Shown here: positions 10,899-19,741 of the stretch, in pieces
How positions within the stretch are numbered: position 1 is the stretch's first letter
Layout of the letters: each line of letters begins with the position of its first letter
Notes under the pieces: generated by a model
Told to the model about the DNA's origin: nothing
Database searches by the model: none
What the model saw: the letters and a program-made list of their open reading frames with translations, nothing else
Made by a program: the position numbers and the translations under genes
NCBI RefSeq assembly: GCF_013393905.1
Contig: NZ_CP040272.1
Span: forward strand, 2,360,900-2,392,899
Direction of reading: 5' to 3'
DNA length: 32,000 nt
From: Nostoc sp. C052
GTDB taxonomy: Bacteria > Cyanobacteriota > Cyanobacteriia > Cyanobacteriales > Nostocaceae

Positions 10899-11765
10899 AT
10901 GCAGCAGCACACTATAGCAGCCCAAATCACCCAAATAGGGGTGGGACTGCATAGCGGTGTGAATACCCAAGTGCGGATACTACCTGCTGAGGCGGGAAGT
11001 GGACGCTATTTTGTGCGGGTAGATTTACCGGATTTGCCAATCATTCCAGCCCAAGTTGCAGCAGTTAGTCACACCGTTCTCTCAACTCAGTTGGGTAAGG
11101 GTGAGGTATCTGTTCGCACAGTAGAGCATTTGTTAGCAGCGCTTTCGGGTATGGGCGTGGATAATGCCCGGATTGAAATTGATGGCCCAGAAGTCCCACT
11201 TTTAGATGGTTCAGCAAGTGTGTGGACAGCCAACATTGCCCAAGTTGGCTTAGTATCACAAACCGTTAATAACCAAGTTCCCTTGGCTATTACAGAACCC
11301 TTATGGATCTATGAAGGAGATGCTTTTGTATCTGCCCTCCCAGCACCAGAAACCCGGTTTAGTTACGGAATTGATTTTGAGCTACCAGCCATTGGTAATC
11401 AATGGCATAGTTGGTCACTAACAACTGAACAAGGAACAACTTCTGCTAGCTTTGCTGCTGAAATTGCTCCTGCGCGTACTTTTGGGTTACTGCATCAAAT
11501 TGAACACTTGCAAAAAACAGGGTTAATTAAAGGTGGCAGTTTGGATAATGCACTCGTTTGTGGGCCTGAAGGCTGGCTAAATCCACCATTGAGATTTGCA
11601 AATGAGCCAGTCCGTCATAAAATCTTGGATTTAGTAGGAGATTTAAGTTTACTAGGAACTTTTCCTCGCGCTCATTTCTTGGCGTATAAAGCCAGTCATA
11701 ATTTACACATTCAACTGGCTCAAAGAATTTTAGACTTGGGATTTGGGATTTTAGATTCAAACTAA
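10899..11765 (+). CDS. lpxC: UDP-3-O-acyl-N-acetylglucosamine deacetylase
   Basis: Motifs [16 protein letters not shown] and [10 protein letters not shown]; operon context. Confidence 0.93.
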   Translation: MQQHTIAAQITQIGVGLHSGVNTQVRILPAEAGSGRYFVRVDLPDLPIIPAQVAAVSHTVLSTQLGKGEVSVRTVEHLLAALSGMGVDNARIEIDGPEVPLLDGSASVWTANIAQVGLVSQTVNNQVPLAITEPLWIYEGDAFVSALPAPETRFSYGIDFELPAIGNQWHSWSLTTEQGTTSASFAAEIAPARTFGLLHQIEHLQKTGLIKGGSLDNALVCGPEGWLNPPLRFANEPVRHKILDLVGDLSLLGTFPRAHFLAYKASHNLHIQLAQRILDLGFGILDSN

Positions 11766-11847
11766 AGCCTAAAATCTAGGATTAATAAGACTTTGGATAT
11801 ACGGCTAGCCTACTCAACTTTCAGATGAAAAATCAACTACACGGCCA

Positions 11848-12372
11848 ATGTCAATCCTCACTGAAGTGAATACGATCGATACGACTACATCTACCGAACC
11901 ACAGGCTATAAATGAGACTAAAATCAGTTCTGAGATTAAAACAACTTTCACATCTGAAGAAATTCAGAAATTACTACCCCACCGCTACCCATTTTTACTT
12001 GTAGACAAAATAATTGACTACGTTCCAGGTAAAAAAGCCGTTGGTGTTAAAAATGTTACTATCAACGAACCCTATTTTCAAGGACATTTCCCTGGGCGTC
12101 CACTGATGCCAGGGGTGTTAATTGTCGAAGCAATGGCACAAGTTGGGGGCATTGTCCTAACTCAAATGTCTTCGGTAGAAGGCGGACTGTTTGTCTTCGC
12201 TGGTATCGATAAAGTCCGCTTTCGTCGCCAGGTCATACCGGGAGATCAACTAGTAATGACGGTGGAACTGTTATGGGTAAAACAACGTCGTTTCGGTAAG
12301 ATGCAAGGTCGTGCCGAAGTTGACGGTCAACTTGCTTGTGAAGGGGAATTAATGTTTTCTCTAGTTAACTAA
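11848..12372 (+). CDS. fabZ: 3-hydroxyacyl-ACP dehydratase
   Basis: Motifs [29 protein letters not shown] and EAMAQ. Confidence 0.95.
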   Translation: MSILTEVNTIDTTTSTEPQAINETKISSEIKTTFTSEEIQKLLPHRYPFLLVDKIIDYVPGKKAVGVKNVTINEPYFQGHFPGRPLMPGVLIVEAMAQVGGIVLTQMSSVEGGLFVFAGIDKVRFRRQVIPGDQLVMTVELLWVKQRRFGKMQGRAEVDGQLACEGELMFSLVN

Positions 12373-12682
12373 AAGTTTGCTTTCGTGGTAAGGGCATAGC
12401 CGTGAAATGCCCCTACTGCATTCTGAAAAAGGATAACAGTCAAAAAATTCACAGTAGCATCTGATAATTTCTTGATTTTTGCCGCCCTCTCTAAGAGACG
12501 CACTCACAAACACACTTAACTTGCTTTGCCTGGCACTTTCGTTCACTGAAAATACTTCACGCTCAACAATGTCAGTTGCCTCGATGGGACGGCAGTTGGT
12601 ATAACTCTCTTTAGCAGAGTCATACGTTGCCTAGAAACCCGCCCCGGCGCTGGCTTATCAAGACAGTTCTGGAGATTCACCC

Positions 12683-13501
12683 TTGAAAACGCTAATTCAT
12701 CCAACTGCTGTAATTCATCCGAAATCGGAACTCCACCATACAGTGCAAGTCGGTGCCTATGCTGTGATTGGAGCGCATGTCAAAGTGGGCCCTGAAACAA
12801 TAATCGGCGCTCATGCAGTGCTAGAGGGGCCTTGTGAAATTGGGGCGCAAAATCAAATTTTTACAGGTGCAGCCATCGGTATGGAACCCCAGGATCTCAA
12901 GTTTGTGGGAGAACCAACCTGGGTCAAAATTGGTGATAACAATTTGATTCGTGAGTACGTTACTATTAACCGCGCTACTGGTGCTGGTGAAGCAACGGTA
13001 ATTGGTGATGGCAATCTACTGATGGCTTATGTCCATGTAGCTCATAACTGCGTGATTGAAGACCAAGTAGTGATTGCTAACTCTGTGGCGTTGGCTGGTC
13101 ATGTTCATATAGAGTCCCGTGCTAGGCTGAGTGGGGTTTTAGGTGTCCACCAATTTGTGCGTATTGGTAGACACGCAATGGTGGGAGGTATGGCACGTAT
13201 TGATCGGGACGTGGCCCCATATATGCTGGTGGAAGGAAATCCGGCGCGGGTACGAACCCTTAATCTTGTCGGACTCAAACGGTCTGGTATGGATTCAGCA
13301 GATTTACTGACGCTGAAAAAAGCCTTTCGCATTCTCTACCGTTCTGATTTGTCTTTTAAGGATGCCTTGGAAAAGTTGGAATTGTTAGGCAATAGCGAAG
13401 AGTTGCAGCATCTACGCCGTTTTCTGCTACTTTCTCAGATGCCAGGAAGACGTGGCTTAATTCCCGGTAAAGGGAAAAAAGGCGTGAGTGATGAATCGTG
13501 A
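12683..13501 (+). CDS. lpxA: Acyl-ACP--UDP-N-acetylglucosamine O-acyltransferase
   Basis: Left-handed beta-helix hexapeptide repeats (IHPTAVIHPKSEL..., IGAHAVLEG...). TTG start with GGAG 8 nt upstream. The frame is closed by TAG at 12632-12634, and no ATG lies between that stop and the TTG. Confidence 0.92.
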   Translation: MKTLIHPTAVIHPKSELHHTVQVGAYAVIGAHVKVGPETIIGAHAVLEGPCEIGAQNQIFTGAAIGMEPQDLKFVGEPTWVKIGDNNLIREYVTINRATGAGEATVIGDGNLLMAYVHVAHNCVIEDQVVIANSVALAGHVHIESRARLSGVLGVHQFVRIGRHAMVGGMARIDRDVAPYMLVEGNPARVRTLNLVGLKRSGMDSADLLTLKKAFRILYRSDLSFKDALEKLELLGNSEELQHLRRFLLLSQMPGRRGLIPGKGKKGVSDES

Positions 13502-13629
13502 ATTAAAAGTTAGGAGTTAGGAGTTATGAGTTATGAGTTGATAAATTAATTTTTTTAACTCTTCACTCCTCATTCCTAACTCCTAACTGCTAACTCTTCA
13601 CTTTTAATTCTTAACTCCTAACTTTAATT
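13501..13629. repeat. STRR hairpin element (AGTTAGG heptamers facing CCTAACT heptamers) filling the lpxA-lpxB gap
   Basis: Left arm aaaagttaggagttaggagttatgagttatgagttg. Right arm ...cattcctaactcctaactgctaactcttcacttttaatt. The complementarity is imperfect. Confidence 0.7.
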
Positions 13630-13634
13630 ATAAA

Positions 13635-14825
13635 ATGCGGATATTTATCAGCACTGGCGAAGTATCTGGCGATTTACAAGGGTCGCTGCTAATTTCAGCG
13701 CTGAAGCGTCAAGCTGGGGCGATTGGGTTGGAATTAGAGATTGTGGCACTGGGAGGCGAAAAAATGGTAGAGGCTGGAGCAGTTTTGCTAGGTAATACTA
13801 GCAGTATTGGCTCAATGGGTATTCTAGAAGGGCTACCTTATGTTTTACCGACCCTCCAGGTGCAACGTCAAGCGATCGCTTCCTTAAAGCAAAATCCACC
13901 TGATTTAGTGGTACTAATCGACTACATGAGTCCGAATCTGGGAATTGGGACTTACATGAAACGGCAGTTACCACATGTGCCTGTAGTCTATTACATTGCT
14001 CCCCAAGAGTGGGCTTGGTCGCTCAATGTGCGTAACACTAACCGAATTGTTGGTTTTACAGATAAGCTGTTGGCAATTTTTCCACAAGAAGCCCGTTACT
14101 TTCGTGAGAAAGGGGCAGAAGTTAGTTGGGTAGGGCATCCTTTGCTTGACCGGATGCAGGACGCTCCCAGTCGGGAAGCAGCCCGTGCAACCCTGGGGAT
14201 TGCGCCAGAAGAGATTGCAATCGCACTCCTCCCCGCTTCTCGCCGCCAAGAACTAAAATATCTTTTACCAATTATTTTTGAAGCTGCCCAAACTATTCAA
14301 GCTAAATTACCTGAAGTTCGTTTCTGGATTCCCCTGTCACTGGAAGTCTATAGACAGCCAATTGAAGAGGCTATTAAGCGTTACGGTTTACGGGCTACAG
14401 TTCTATTAGCTCAACAAAAGGAAGTTTTTGCTGCGGCTGATTTAGCCGTTAGCAAATCTGGTACTGTCAACCTGGAACTTGCTTTGTTAAACGTGCCGCA
14501 AGTGGTAGTTTATCGCCTCAGTCCCCTAACTGCTTGGATAGCTCGTAAAATCCTCCAAGGTTCTATAAGCTTTGCATCGCCACCTAATTTAGTAGTTATG
14601 AAGCCGATTGTGCCAGAATTTTTACAAGAGGAAGCTACGGCAGAAAATATTATCCAAGCAGCAATGGAATTACTACTCAATCCCAGTCGCAGAGAACAAA
14701 CTTTGCTAGATTATGAAGAAATGCGGCGGTGTTTAGGGGAAGTTGGGGTATGCGATCGCGCTGCTCTAGAAATTTTGCAAATGTTGCCAGGGAGTGGGGA
14801 TCGGGGACTAGGGACTGGGGACTGA
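13635..14825 (+). CDS. lpxB: Lipid-A-disaccharide synthase
   Basis: N-terminal MRIFISTGEVSGDLQGSLL (the GExSGD signature), GT19-like length, and operon context. The last roughly 10 codons (GSGDRGLGTGD) are encoded by the STRR heptamer array. Confidence 0.93.
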   Translation: MRIFISTGEVSGDLQGSLLISALKRQAGAIGLELEIVALGGEKMVEAGAVLLGNTSSIGSMGILEGLPYVLPTLQVQRQAIASLKQNPPDLVVLIDYMSPNLGIGTYMKRQLPHVPVVYYIAPQEWAWSLNVRNTNRIVGFTDKLLAIFPQEARYFREKGAEVSWVGHPLLDRMQDAPSREAARATLGIAPEEIAIALLPASRRQELKYLLPIIFEAAQTIQAKLPEVRFWIPLSLEVYRQPIEEAIKRYGLRATVLLAQQKEVFAAADLAVSKSGTVNLELALLNVPQVVVYRLSPLTAWIARKILQGSISFASPPNLVVMKPIVPEFLQEEATAENIIQAAMELLLNPSRREQTLLDYEEMRRCLGEVGVCDRAALEILQMLPGSGDRGLGTGD

Positions 14826-14891
14826 GGACTAGAGACTAGGAAAATTTTCTATATTTAATACGTCATACCCAATCCCCAATCCCCAATCCCC
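14791..14891. repeat. STRR element: GGGGACT-type heptamers (14791-14840) facing CCCCAAT heptamers (14865-14891)
   Basis: ggagtggggatcggggactagggactggggactgaggactagagactagg ... ataccc aatcccc aatcccc aatcccc. It overlaps the 3' end of lpxB. Confidence 0.75.
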
Positions 14892-14902
14892 TTAGAGGTG
14901 TC

Positions 14903-16171
14903 ATGGCTTATGAGATGAAAAAACAAAGAGCGATCGCAGTTGATTTGTTCGCTGGCGCGGGTGGTATGACTCTTGGCTTTGAGCAAGCTGGTTTTGATGT
15001 GCTAGCATCTGTGGAAATTGACCCGATCCACTGTGCAACACATGAGTTTAACTTCCCTTATTGCTCAGTGTTATGTAAAAGTGTTGTGGATACAACCGGG
15101 GAAGAAATTAGGAGTCGGTCTGAGATTGGCGATCGCGAGATTGATGTGGTAATTTGTGGCTCACCATGTCAAGGATTTTCCCTAATTGGTAAACGAGCTA
15201 TCGATGACCCCCGAAATTCTTTGGTGTTTCACTTTCATCGGCTGGTTTTTGAGCTAAAACCGAAATTCTTTGTGATGGAAAATGTTCGAGGGATCACAGT
15301 TGGCGAACATAAACAAATCCTCCAAACCTTAATTAGCGAGTTTAGAATTCACGGCTATCAAGTAGAAGAAAATTACCAAATTCTCAACGCTGCAAATTAC
15401 GGAGTACCACAATCTCGTGAGAGATTATTTCTGATAGGTGCGAGGGAAGATGTAGAGTTACCAAGATACCCTCAGCCGATTACTAAACAAGCGCTAATAA
15501 ATAATTCAAATTCTAAAAGAATATCTGACATTCCATCGAGTCCTACAGTCTGGGATGCAATTAGAGATTTACCTGAAATAGAAAAATATCCTGAATTATT
15601 AACAAGAGATTGGGTTGTAGCAGAATACGAAAAGCCTAGTAAATATGGTCTTGTACTTCGTGGTCTTAAGTGCCTAGATGATGATTATTCTTACAAACGG
15701 GAATATGACTTGCGAATACTTTCATCAAGTTTAAGAACAAAACATTCTGCGGAAACTATTAAACGTTTTCAGGATACTCAACAAGGCGAGAGAGAAAAAA
15801 TTAGTCGTTTTCATAAGCTACATCCTGCTAGTGTCTGCAATACTTTAAGGGCCGGAACAGACAGGTATAGGGGTTCTTTCACATCTCCAAGACCGATTCA
15901 TCCATCTACGCCGAGGTGTATCACCGTCAGGGAAGCAGCAAGATTGCATTCTTACCCAGATTGGTTTAGATTTCATATAACTAAATGGCACGGATTTCGG
16001 CAAGTTGGTAACTCTGTACCACCGCTACTAGCAAAGGCTGTGGCATCAGAAATTATTCGCAGTTTGAATATTTCGCCTTTTAAGCCGAGTTCGCGATACA
16101 AGTTGGGAGAGGAAAAACTATTACAATTTAATATGTCGCAAGCGGCACAATATTATCAGTGTGACTGTTAA
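14903..16171 (+). CDS. DNA (cytosine-5)-methyltransferase
   Basis: Canonical m5C methyltransferase motifs in order: I DLFAGAGG, IV GSPCQGFS, VI ENV, VIII QSRERLF, IX TVREAARLHSYPDWF, X GNSVPP. A variable AT-rich target-recognition region lies between VIII and IX. Confidence 0.92.
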   Translation: MAYEMKKQRAIAVDLFAGAGGMTLGFEQAGFDVLASVEIDPIHCATHEFNFPYCSVLCKSVVDTTGEEIRSRSEIGDREIDVVICGSPCQGFSLIGKRAIDDPRNSLVFHFHRLVFELKPKFFVMENVRGITVGEHKQILQTLISEFRIHGYQVEENYQILNAANYGVPQSRERLFLIGAREDVELPRYPQPITKQALINNSNSKRISDIPSSPTVWDAIRDLPEIEKYPELLTRDWVVAEYEKPSKYGLVLRGLKCLDDDYSYKREYDLRILSSSLRTKHSAETIKRFQDTQQGEREKISRFHKLHPASVCNTLRAGTDRYRGSFTSPRPIHPSTPRCITVREAARLHSYPDWFRFHITKWHGFRQVGNSVPPLLAKAVASEIIRSLNISPFKPSSRYKLGEEKLLQFNMSQAAQYYQCDC

Positions 16172-16330
16172 GTTAAGCAAATGTACTGTAGCAGACACCA
16201 GACGCAAACTAAAATGTATAGTTTAAATAATAAATTATACACACTCATTCTTTTCAAAACGTTGTTTTTATATGCTAAAAGTGTGTTTAACAGATATTTC
16301 TTGTATGCAGCACTTTCCTAATATTTTAAT

Positions 16331-16726
16331 TTGGAGTTAATTAACACTCTCGTTATGTCAAATGAAGATTGGTACAACATCAAGAATGCTTACGAGTATG
16401 TATTAGAAAAAACATCAAGACATACTTATTTAGTTTATATGCCTTGGTTAATTAACCAAATTATTGAATCCAAGTTTATTTCATTTTTTGCAACGATGTC
16501 GCATATAAACCTCATTGTACACCCAACTATTGACTTAAATTCTAAGCATCATCGTATTGCAATTTATCCAAAAGCTAGTTGGTTTACACTCCACTATAGT
16601 TACTATGATTTAAAAGAATATAGATATGATGAGTATAAGGTTGTACTTGAAGATGTAGAAAATATTCTCTGGCAGCTAATGGAACGTCTTGATAAATGGA
16701 AAGTGAAAAATCTGCTTAATGATTAG
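16331..16726 (+). CDS. Orphan hypothetical protein (131 aa from TTG; 123 aa from the ATG at 16355) directly downstream of the methyltransferase
   Basis: Only long ORF in a markedly AT-rich stretch, on the same strand as the methyltransferase. I recognised no family. Rich in Tyr, Asn and Lys. Confidence 0.45.
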   Translation: MELINTLVMSNEDWYNIKNAYEYVLEKTSRHTYLVYMPWLINQIIESKFISFFATMSHINLIVHPTIDLNSKHHRIAIYPKASWFTLHYSYYDLKEYRYDEYKVVLEDVENILWQLMERLDKWKVKNLLND

Positions 16727-16930
16727 CTATATAGTTAACAAAAAGGTTTGGCATTAGCCACCCACTATTACTATCAAGACTACTTTAAATGTTTGAAGTA
16801 TTGCATCTGTGTTCAGGCACTAAAAAACCCCTATACATATCGTTCCTGATGAATAAACTTATCCACTTCTTCTGGTGTGGCAAAACTGCCTTTAGCATAC
16901 GCACTGCTTTATCTAGTTTAGCTTTGAGGT

Positions 16931-16959
16931 GCGTAGGCGTAGCCCGTCGTAGACATCGC
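16931..16959. repeat. Dispersed 29-nt repeat gcgtaggcgtagcccgtcgtagacatcgc (inverted copy at 21934-21962)
   Basis: Its reverse complement matches 21934-21962 with one mismatch. The 15-nt core gggctacgcctacgc also occurs inside bamA near 8450-8464. Confidence 0.8.
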
Positions 16960-16960
16960 T

Positions 16961-17440
16961 TTACTTATTACCGACAGAATTTTTCTCAGCATAGTTCAGA
17001 TTTCTCTGATATTCTTTGATTTTTTGTTGAGCAACTACATAATTTTGGCTAGAAGATGGCACAGTTTTCATAAGTGCGATCGCAGCTTCCCACTGACTCA
17101 CAACTATTTTCCATTCATCTGGAGATTTTGCTGATTGAGTAAGGTTAGCTGCATTAATTGCTTGATTAACAGCCTCTCGAAATTTATCACTTTCAAGTAA
17201 CACAGTCGGCGATTGTGAAGTCACTGGTGAGGGTATAACTAATACAGATTTTGATGGTATTTGTGTTGGAATTTTAGAGGTTATGGGAAGTTTTTCTACA
17301 AGTTTTGAAGAAAAGTATATTATGATAGGAATTGAAAAGATCAGAAAAATTAGCAACCAATTTTTATTTAAATTACGATACTTCCACCGAGTCTCGATAA
17401 CTGTAATTTTTTCATCATTCGATAAAATATTTGATTTCAT
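16961..17440 (-). CDS. Hypothetical single-pass membrane protein (about 159 aa from ATG; 168 aa from the TTG at 17467)
   Basis: Hydrophobic segment WLLIFLIFSIPIIIYFS, then a Ser/Pro/Thr linker, then a helical C-terminal module (FREAVNQAINAANL...WEAAIALMKTVPSSSQNY...AQQKI) that recurs at the C-termini of many cyanobacterial proteins. A purine-rich stretch lies upstream of the ATG. Confidence 0.5.
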   Translation of the reverse strand: MKSNILSNDEKITVIETRWKYRNLNKNWLLIFLIFSIPIIIYFSSKLVEKLPITSKIPTQIPSKSVLVIPSPVTSQSPTVLLESDKFREAVNQAINAANLTQSAKSPDEWKIVVSQWEAAIALMKTVPSSSQNYVVAQQKIKEYQRNLNYAEKNSVGNK

Positions 17441-17630
17441 TTTGTTTAAACCCCTTTCCCCGCGCAACCTAATTATCGTCTATCTTAGAATTCCCCATTT
17501 ATAGACAAAAGCAACTATTTTATAATTTTCCCAGCCCTATATTTAAAATTTACTTAAATTTCTTAGATGTCTTGTAAAATTCCCTATTTGAGACTCTTTC
17601 TCTCCGTCTATGTGCGAGGCAAATTAAATC

Positions 17631-18143
17631 CTAACGTTCTTTTGTAATTATAGAACTACCATTACTAATACTTACTTTTTGAATAAAAACGTTAGTAGGA
17701 GATGATAAAATATCAGTGCTGATTTGATTAGCAATAAATTCAAAATCTTGATTTGTTAATCCCTGTGCGGTATCGCCACTTAAGTTAATACAAATAGTTA
17801 AATTTTGAGGATTAGTAGAAGACTCTACCGCTTCTATTTCAACTTCTTCTATGCCCAAATCAAACTCTTTACTCCAATCTGGAAAATCCTTACCCGTTTG
17901 TTGTCCATAAACTTTGACTATTTCAACAGACGCAGCCCCTAAAGCTGTTAACCCTTTGCGGATAAATGCAACTAAAATTTGCTGATTTAGTACTTGAGTA
18001 GACTCTAGTATTACCTCTAAGGACGCATCCTTAAAGGCAACTTTTGCATTGATCCTTTTAGGGTGTAGGTGGCGGTTCATCAGAGATGCGATCGCATCTG
18101 CATCTCCCTGCTTTGCAAGTTTGAGAATATTTGGCTGTGTCAT
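17631..18143 (-). CDS. Hypothetical protein (170 aa from ATG; the GTG at 18149 is an alternative start)
   Basis: The N-terminal module LAKQGDADAIASLMNRHLHPKRINAKVAFKDASLEVILES...LVAFIRKGLTALGAASVEIVKVYG is a recurrent cyanobacterial N-terminal domain of unknown function. The C-terminal half is unrecognised. Confidence 0.5.
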   Translation of the reverse strand: MTQPNILKLAKQGDADAIASLMNRHLHPKRINAKVAFKDASLEVILESTQVLNQQILVAFIRKGLTALGAASVEIVKVYGQQTGKDFPDWSKEFDLGIEEVEIEAVESSTNPQNLTICINLSGDTAQGLTNQDFEFIANQISTDILSSPTNVFIQKVSISNGSSIITKER

Positions 18144-18386
18144 AACCACTAAAAGAAAAATCTCGGAAAATAAACCTATATTCTCAGGATTCCCTCTTGA
18201 CAGCCTTAAGTAACATTAAGATGCAAAATCTCAGCTAATCTGAGCTAAAATATTTAGTATAAAGATAGTCTTTACACAGATTTTTACAAAAATTATATTT
18301 TCCCTATATCAACATCAAAAACTAGTGTTTTTGTGCTTGCCAAATTAACAGAATTAATATTAATCAGTTTACTTTCAATTTTCAAT

Positions 18387-19052
18387 ATGAAGTTTTATCG
18401 AGATCATGCTTGGCCATCGACGCTAGAAGAAGCCATAGTTATCCAAGAAGCGCTGCGAGATCGAGTAATTACTGAGGATCAACTGCAAGAACCTATCCAG
18501 TATGTTGCTGGAGTCGATATGGGTTTTGAAGCTGATGGAACCATTAGCCGTGCAGCTGTCGCAGTATTGAGTTTTCCTGATTTGCAAGTCATTGAGACAA
18601 GCCTAGCACACCGTCCTACCACCTTTCCTTATGTTCCTGGATTCCTCTCATTTCGGGAAATTCCAGCCGTTCTCGATGCTCTAGAAAAGATTAAAACAAC
18701 ACCTGATATCATCCTGTGTGATGGTCAGGGAATTGCTCATCCCCGCAGATTAGGTATAGCTAGCCATTTAGGTTTACTTATAGATATACCAACAATTGGT
18801 GTCGCTAAGTCCAGGTTGTTAGGGAAACATGAAGAATTGGCAGAAACCAAAGGCAGTACGCAACCACTGATATATGAGGGTGAAACCGTTGGGGCTGTTT
18901 TGCGATCGCGCACAGCAGTAAAACCTCTATACATCTCCAGTGGCCATCGAATTAGCTTACCGACAGCCATTGACTATGTATTACGCTGCACGCCAAAATA
19001 TCGGCTACCAGAAACTACACGCATTGCTGATAAATTAGCGTCGGACAGATAA
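18387..19052 (+). CDS. nfi: Endonuclease V (deoxyinosine 3' endonuclease)
   Basis: Motifs VAGVDMGF, PYVPGFLSFREIP and DGQGIAHPRRLGIASHLG. The ATG at 18387 gives a typical length of about 221 aa. The track ORF starts at an upstream non-ATG codon (18333). Confidence 0.9.
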   Translation: MKFYRDHAWPSTLEEAIVIQEALRDRVITEDQLQEPIQYVAGVDMGFEADGTISRAAVAVLSFPDLQVIETSLAHRPTTFPYVPGFLSFREIPAVLDALEKIKTTPDIILCDGQGIAHPRRLGIASHLGLLIDIPTIGVAKSRLLGKHEELAETKGSTQPLIYEGETVGAVLRSRTAVKPLYISSGHRISLPTAIDYVLRCTPKYRLPETTRIADKLASDR

Positions 19053-19159
19053 AGCTTGTTGAAGTTTTTTCTAAATGCTTGCTTCCACCTACTCAATCGT
19101 GTTAGGAATCGCACAGGAAGATGTTGAAGTAGCTAAATACGATTTACAAAGTTAGAACA

Positions 19160-19708
19160 ATGAACGCACTAACTTTACAGTGGCACGATGCAGGTCAAGA
19201 TAAAACTCAGAACATTTACGAGCAACAGCCAAGTCAAAATCCTGGCACTGTCCGCATCGGTCGCGACCCCCTCCGGTGCGATATTGTTCTGAGTCACCCT
19301 ACTGTCTCTGGACTGCACGTTGAAATCTTTTTTCATCACCAGCAACAGCGCTTTTATATTAGGAATTTGCGATCGCAAAATCCCCCTGTTGTCGATGGAA
19401 GGCAATTAGTCCAAGGTGAAATGCCTTTAACTGAGGGCACTAGTATTACTTTGGGACAAATAAAACTCAATGTTACTAACGTTTCCACGGGTAGTATTCC
19501 AGCAACAATTTTGCTGCCACCCCATCCACCAGTAAACATCGGACATCACCACCATCCACTAACACCCCCTGCACCACCGCCAGGAGTTTATGGCTTAGAA
19601 TGCCCCAAATGTCATAAAGTTTCCCCAGGAGAGAATCTACAAATTGGCTGTCATTGGTGTGGGACATCTTTAGCTGCGGCTGTGAGTGTTTTGGTAGCAA
19701 GGAATTAG
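19160..19708 (+). CDS. FHA-domain protein with Pro/His-rich linker and C-terminal CxxC...CxxC zinc ribbon
   Basis: FHA core: VRIGRDPLRCDIVLSHPTVSGLHVEIFF...IRNLRSQNPPVVDGRQL...ITLGQIKL. Linker HHHHPLTPPAPPPG. Zinc ribbon CPKCHK...CHWCG. Confidence 0.8.
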   Translation: MNALTLQWHDAGQDKTQNIYEQQPSQNPGTVRIGRDPLRCDIVLSHPTVSGLHVEIFFHHQQQRFYIRNLRSQNPPVVDGRQLVQGEMPLTEGTSITLGQIKLNVTNVSTGSIPATILLPPHPPVNIGHHHHPLTPPAPPPGVYGLECPKCHKVSPGENLQIGCHWCGTSLAAAVSVLVARN

Positions 19709-19741
19709 GGAGTGGGGGCAGGGGGCAGGGGAGAATAACTA

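Noticed and set aside
12361-12546. 61-aa minus-strand ORF in the fabZ-lpxA spacer
   Set aside because: It is antisense to the operon direction, overlaps the fabZ stop, and has no ribosome-binding site or motifs.
16331-16726. Vsr (very-short-patch repair endonuclease) as the partner of the m5C methyltransferase
   Set aside because: The size is similar to Vsr, but none of the Vsr family sequence features I remember (for example the FWHxH-type region) is present. It is kept as an unassigned orphan.
16789-17019. 76-aa plus-strand ORF
   Set aside because: It spans the dispersed 29-nt repeat and overlaps the 3' end of the convergent 168-aa gene. The translation is Cys/Arg/Phe-rich junk.
17283-17504. 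73-aa plus-strand ORF
   Set aside because: It is antisense to the membrane-protein ORF 16961..17467 in AT-rich DNA, where spurious ORFs are common.
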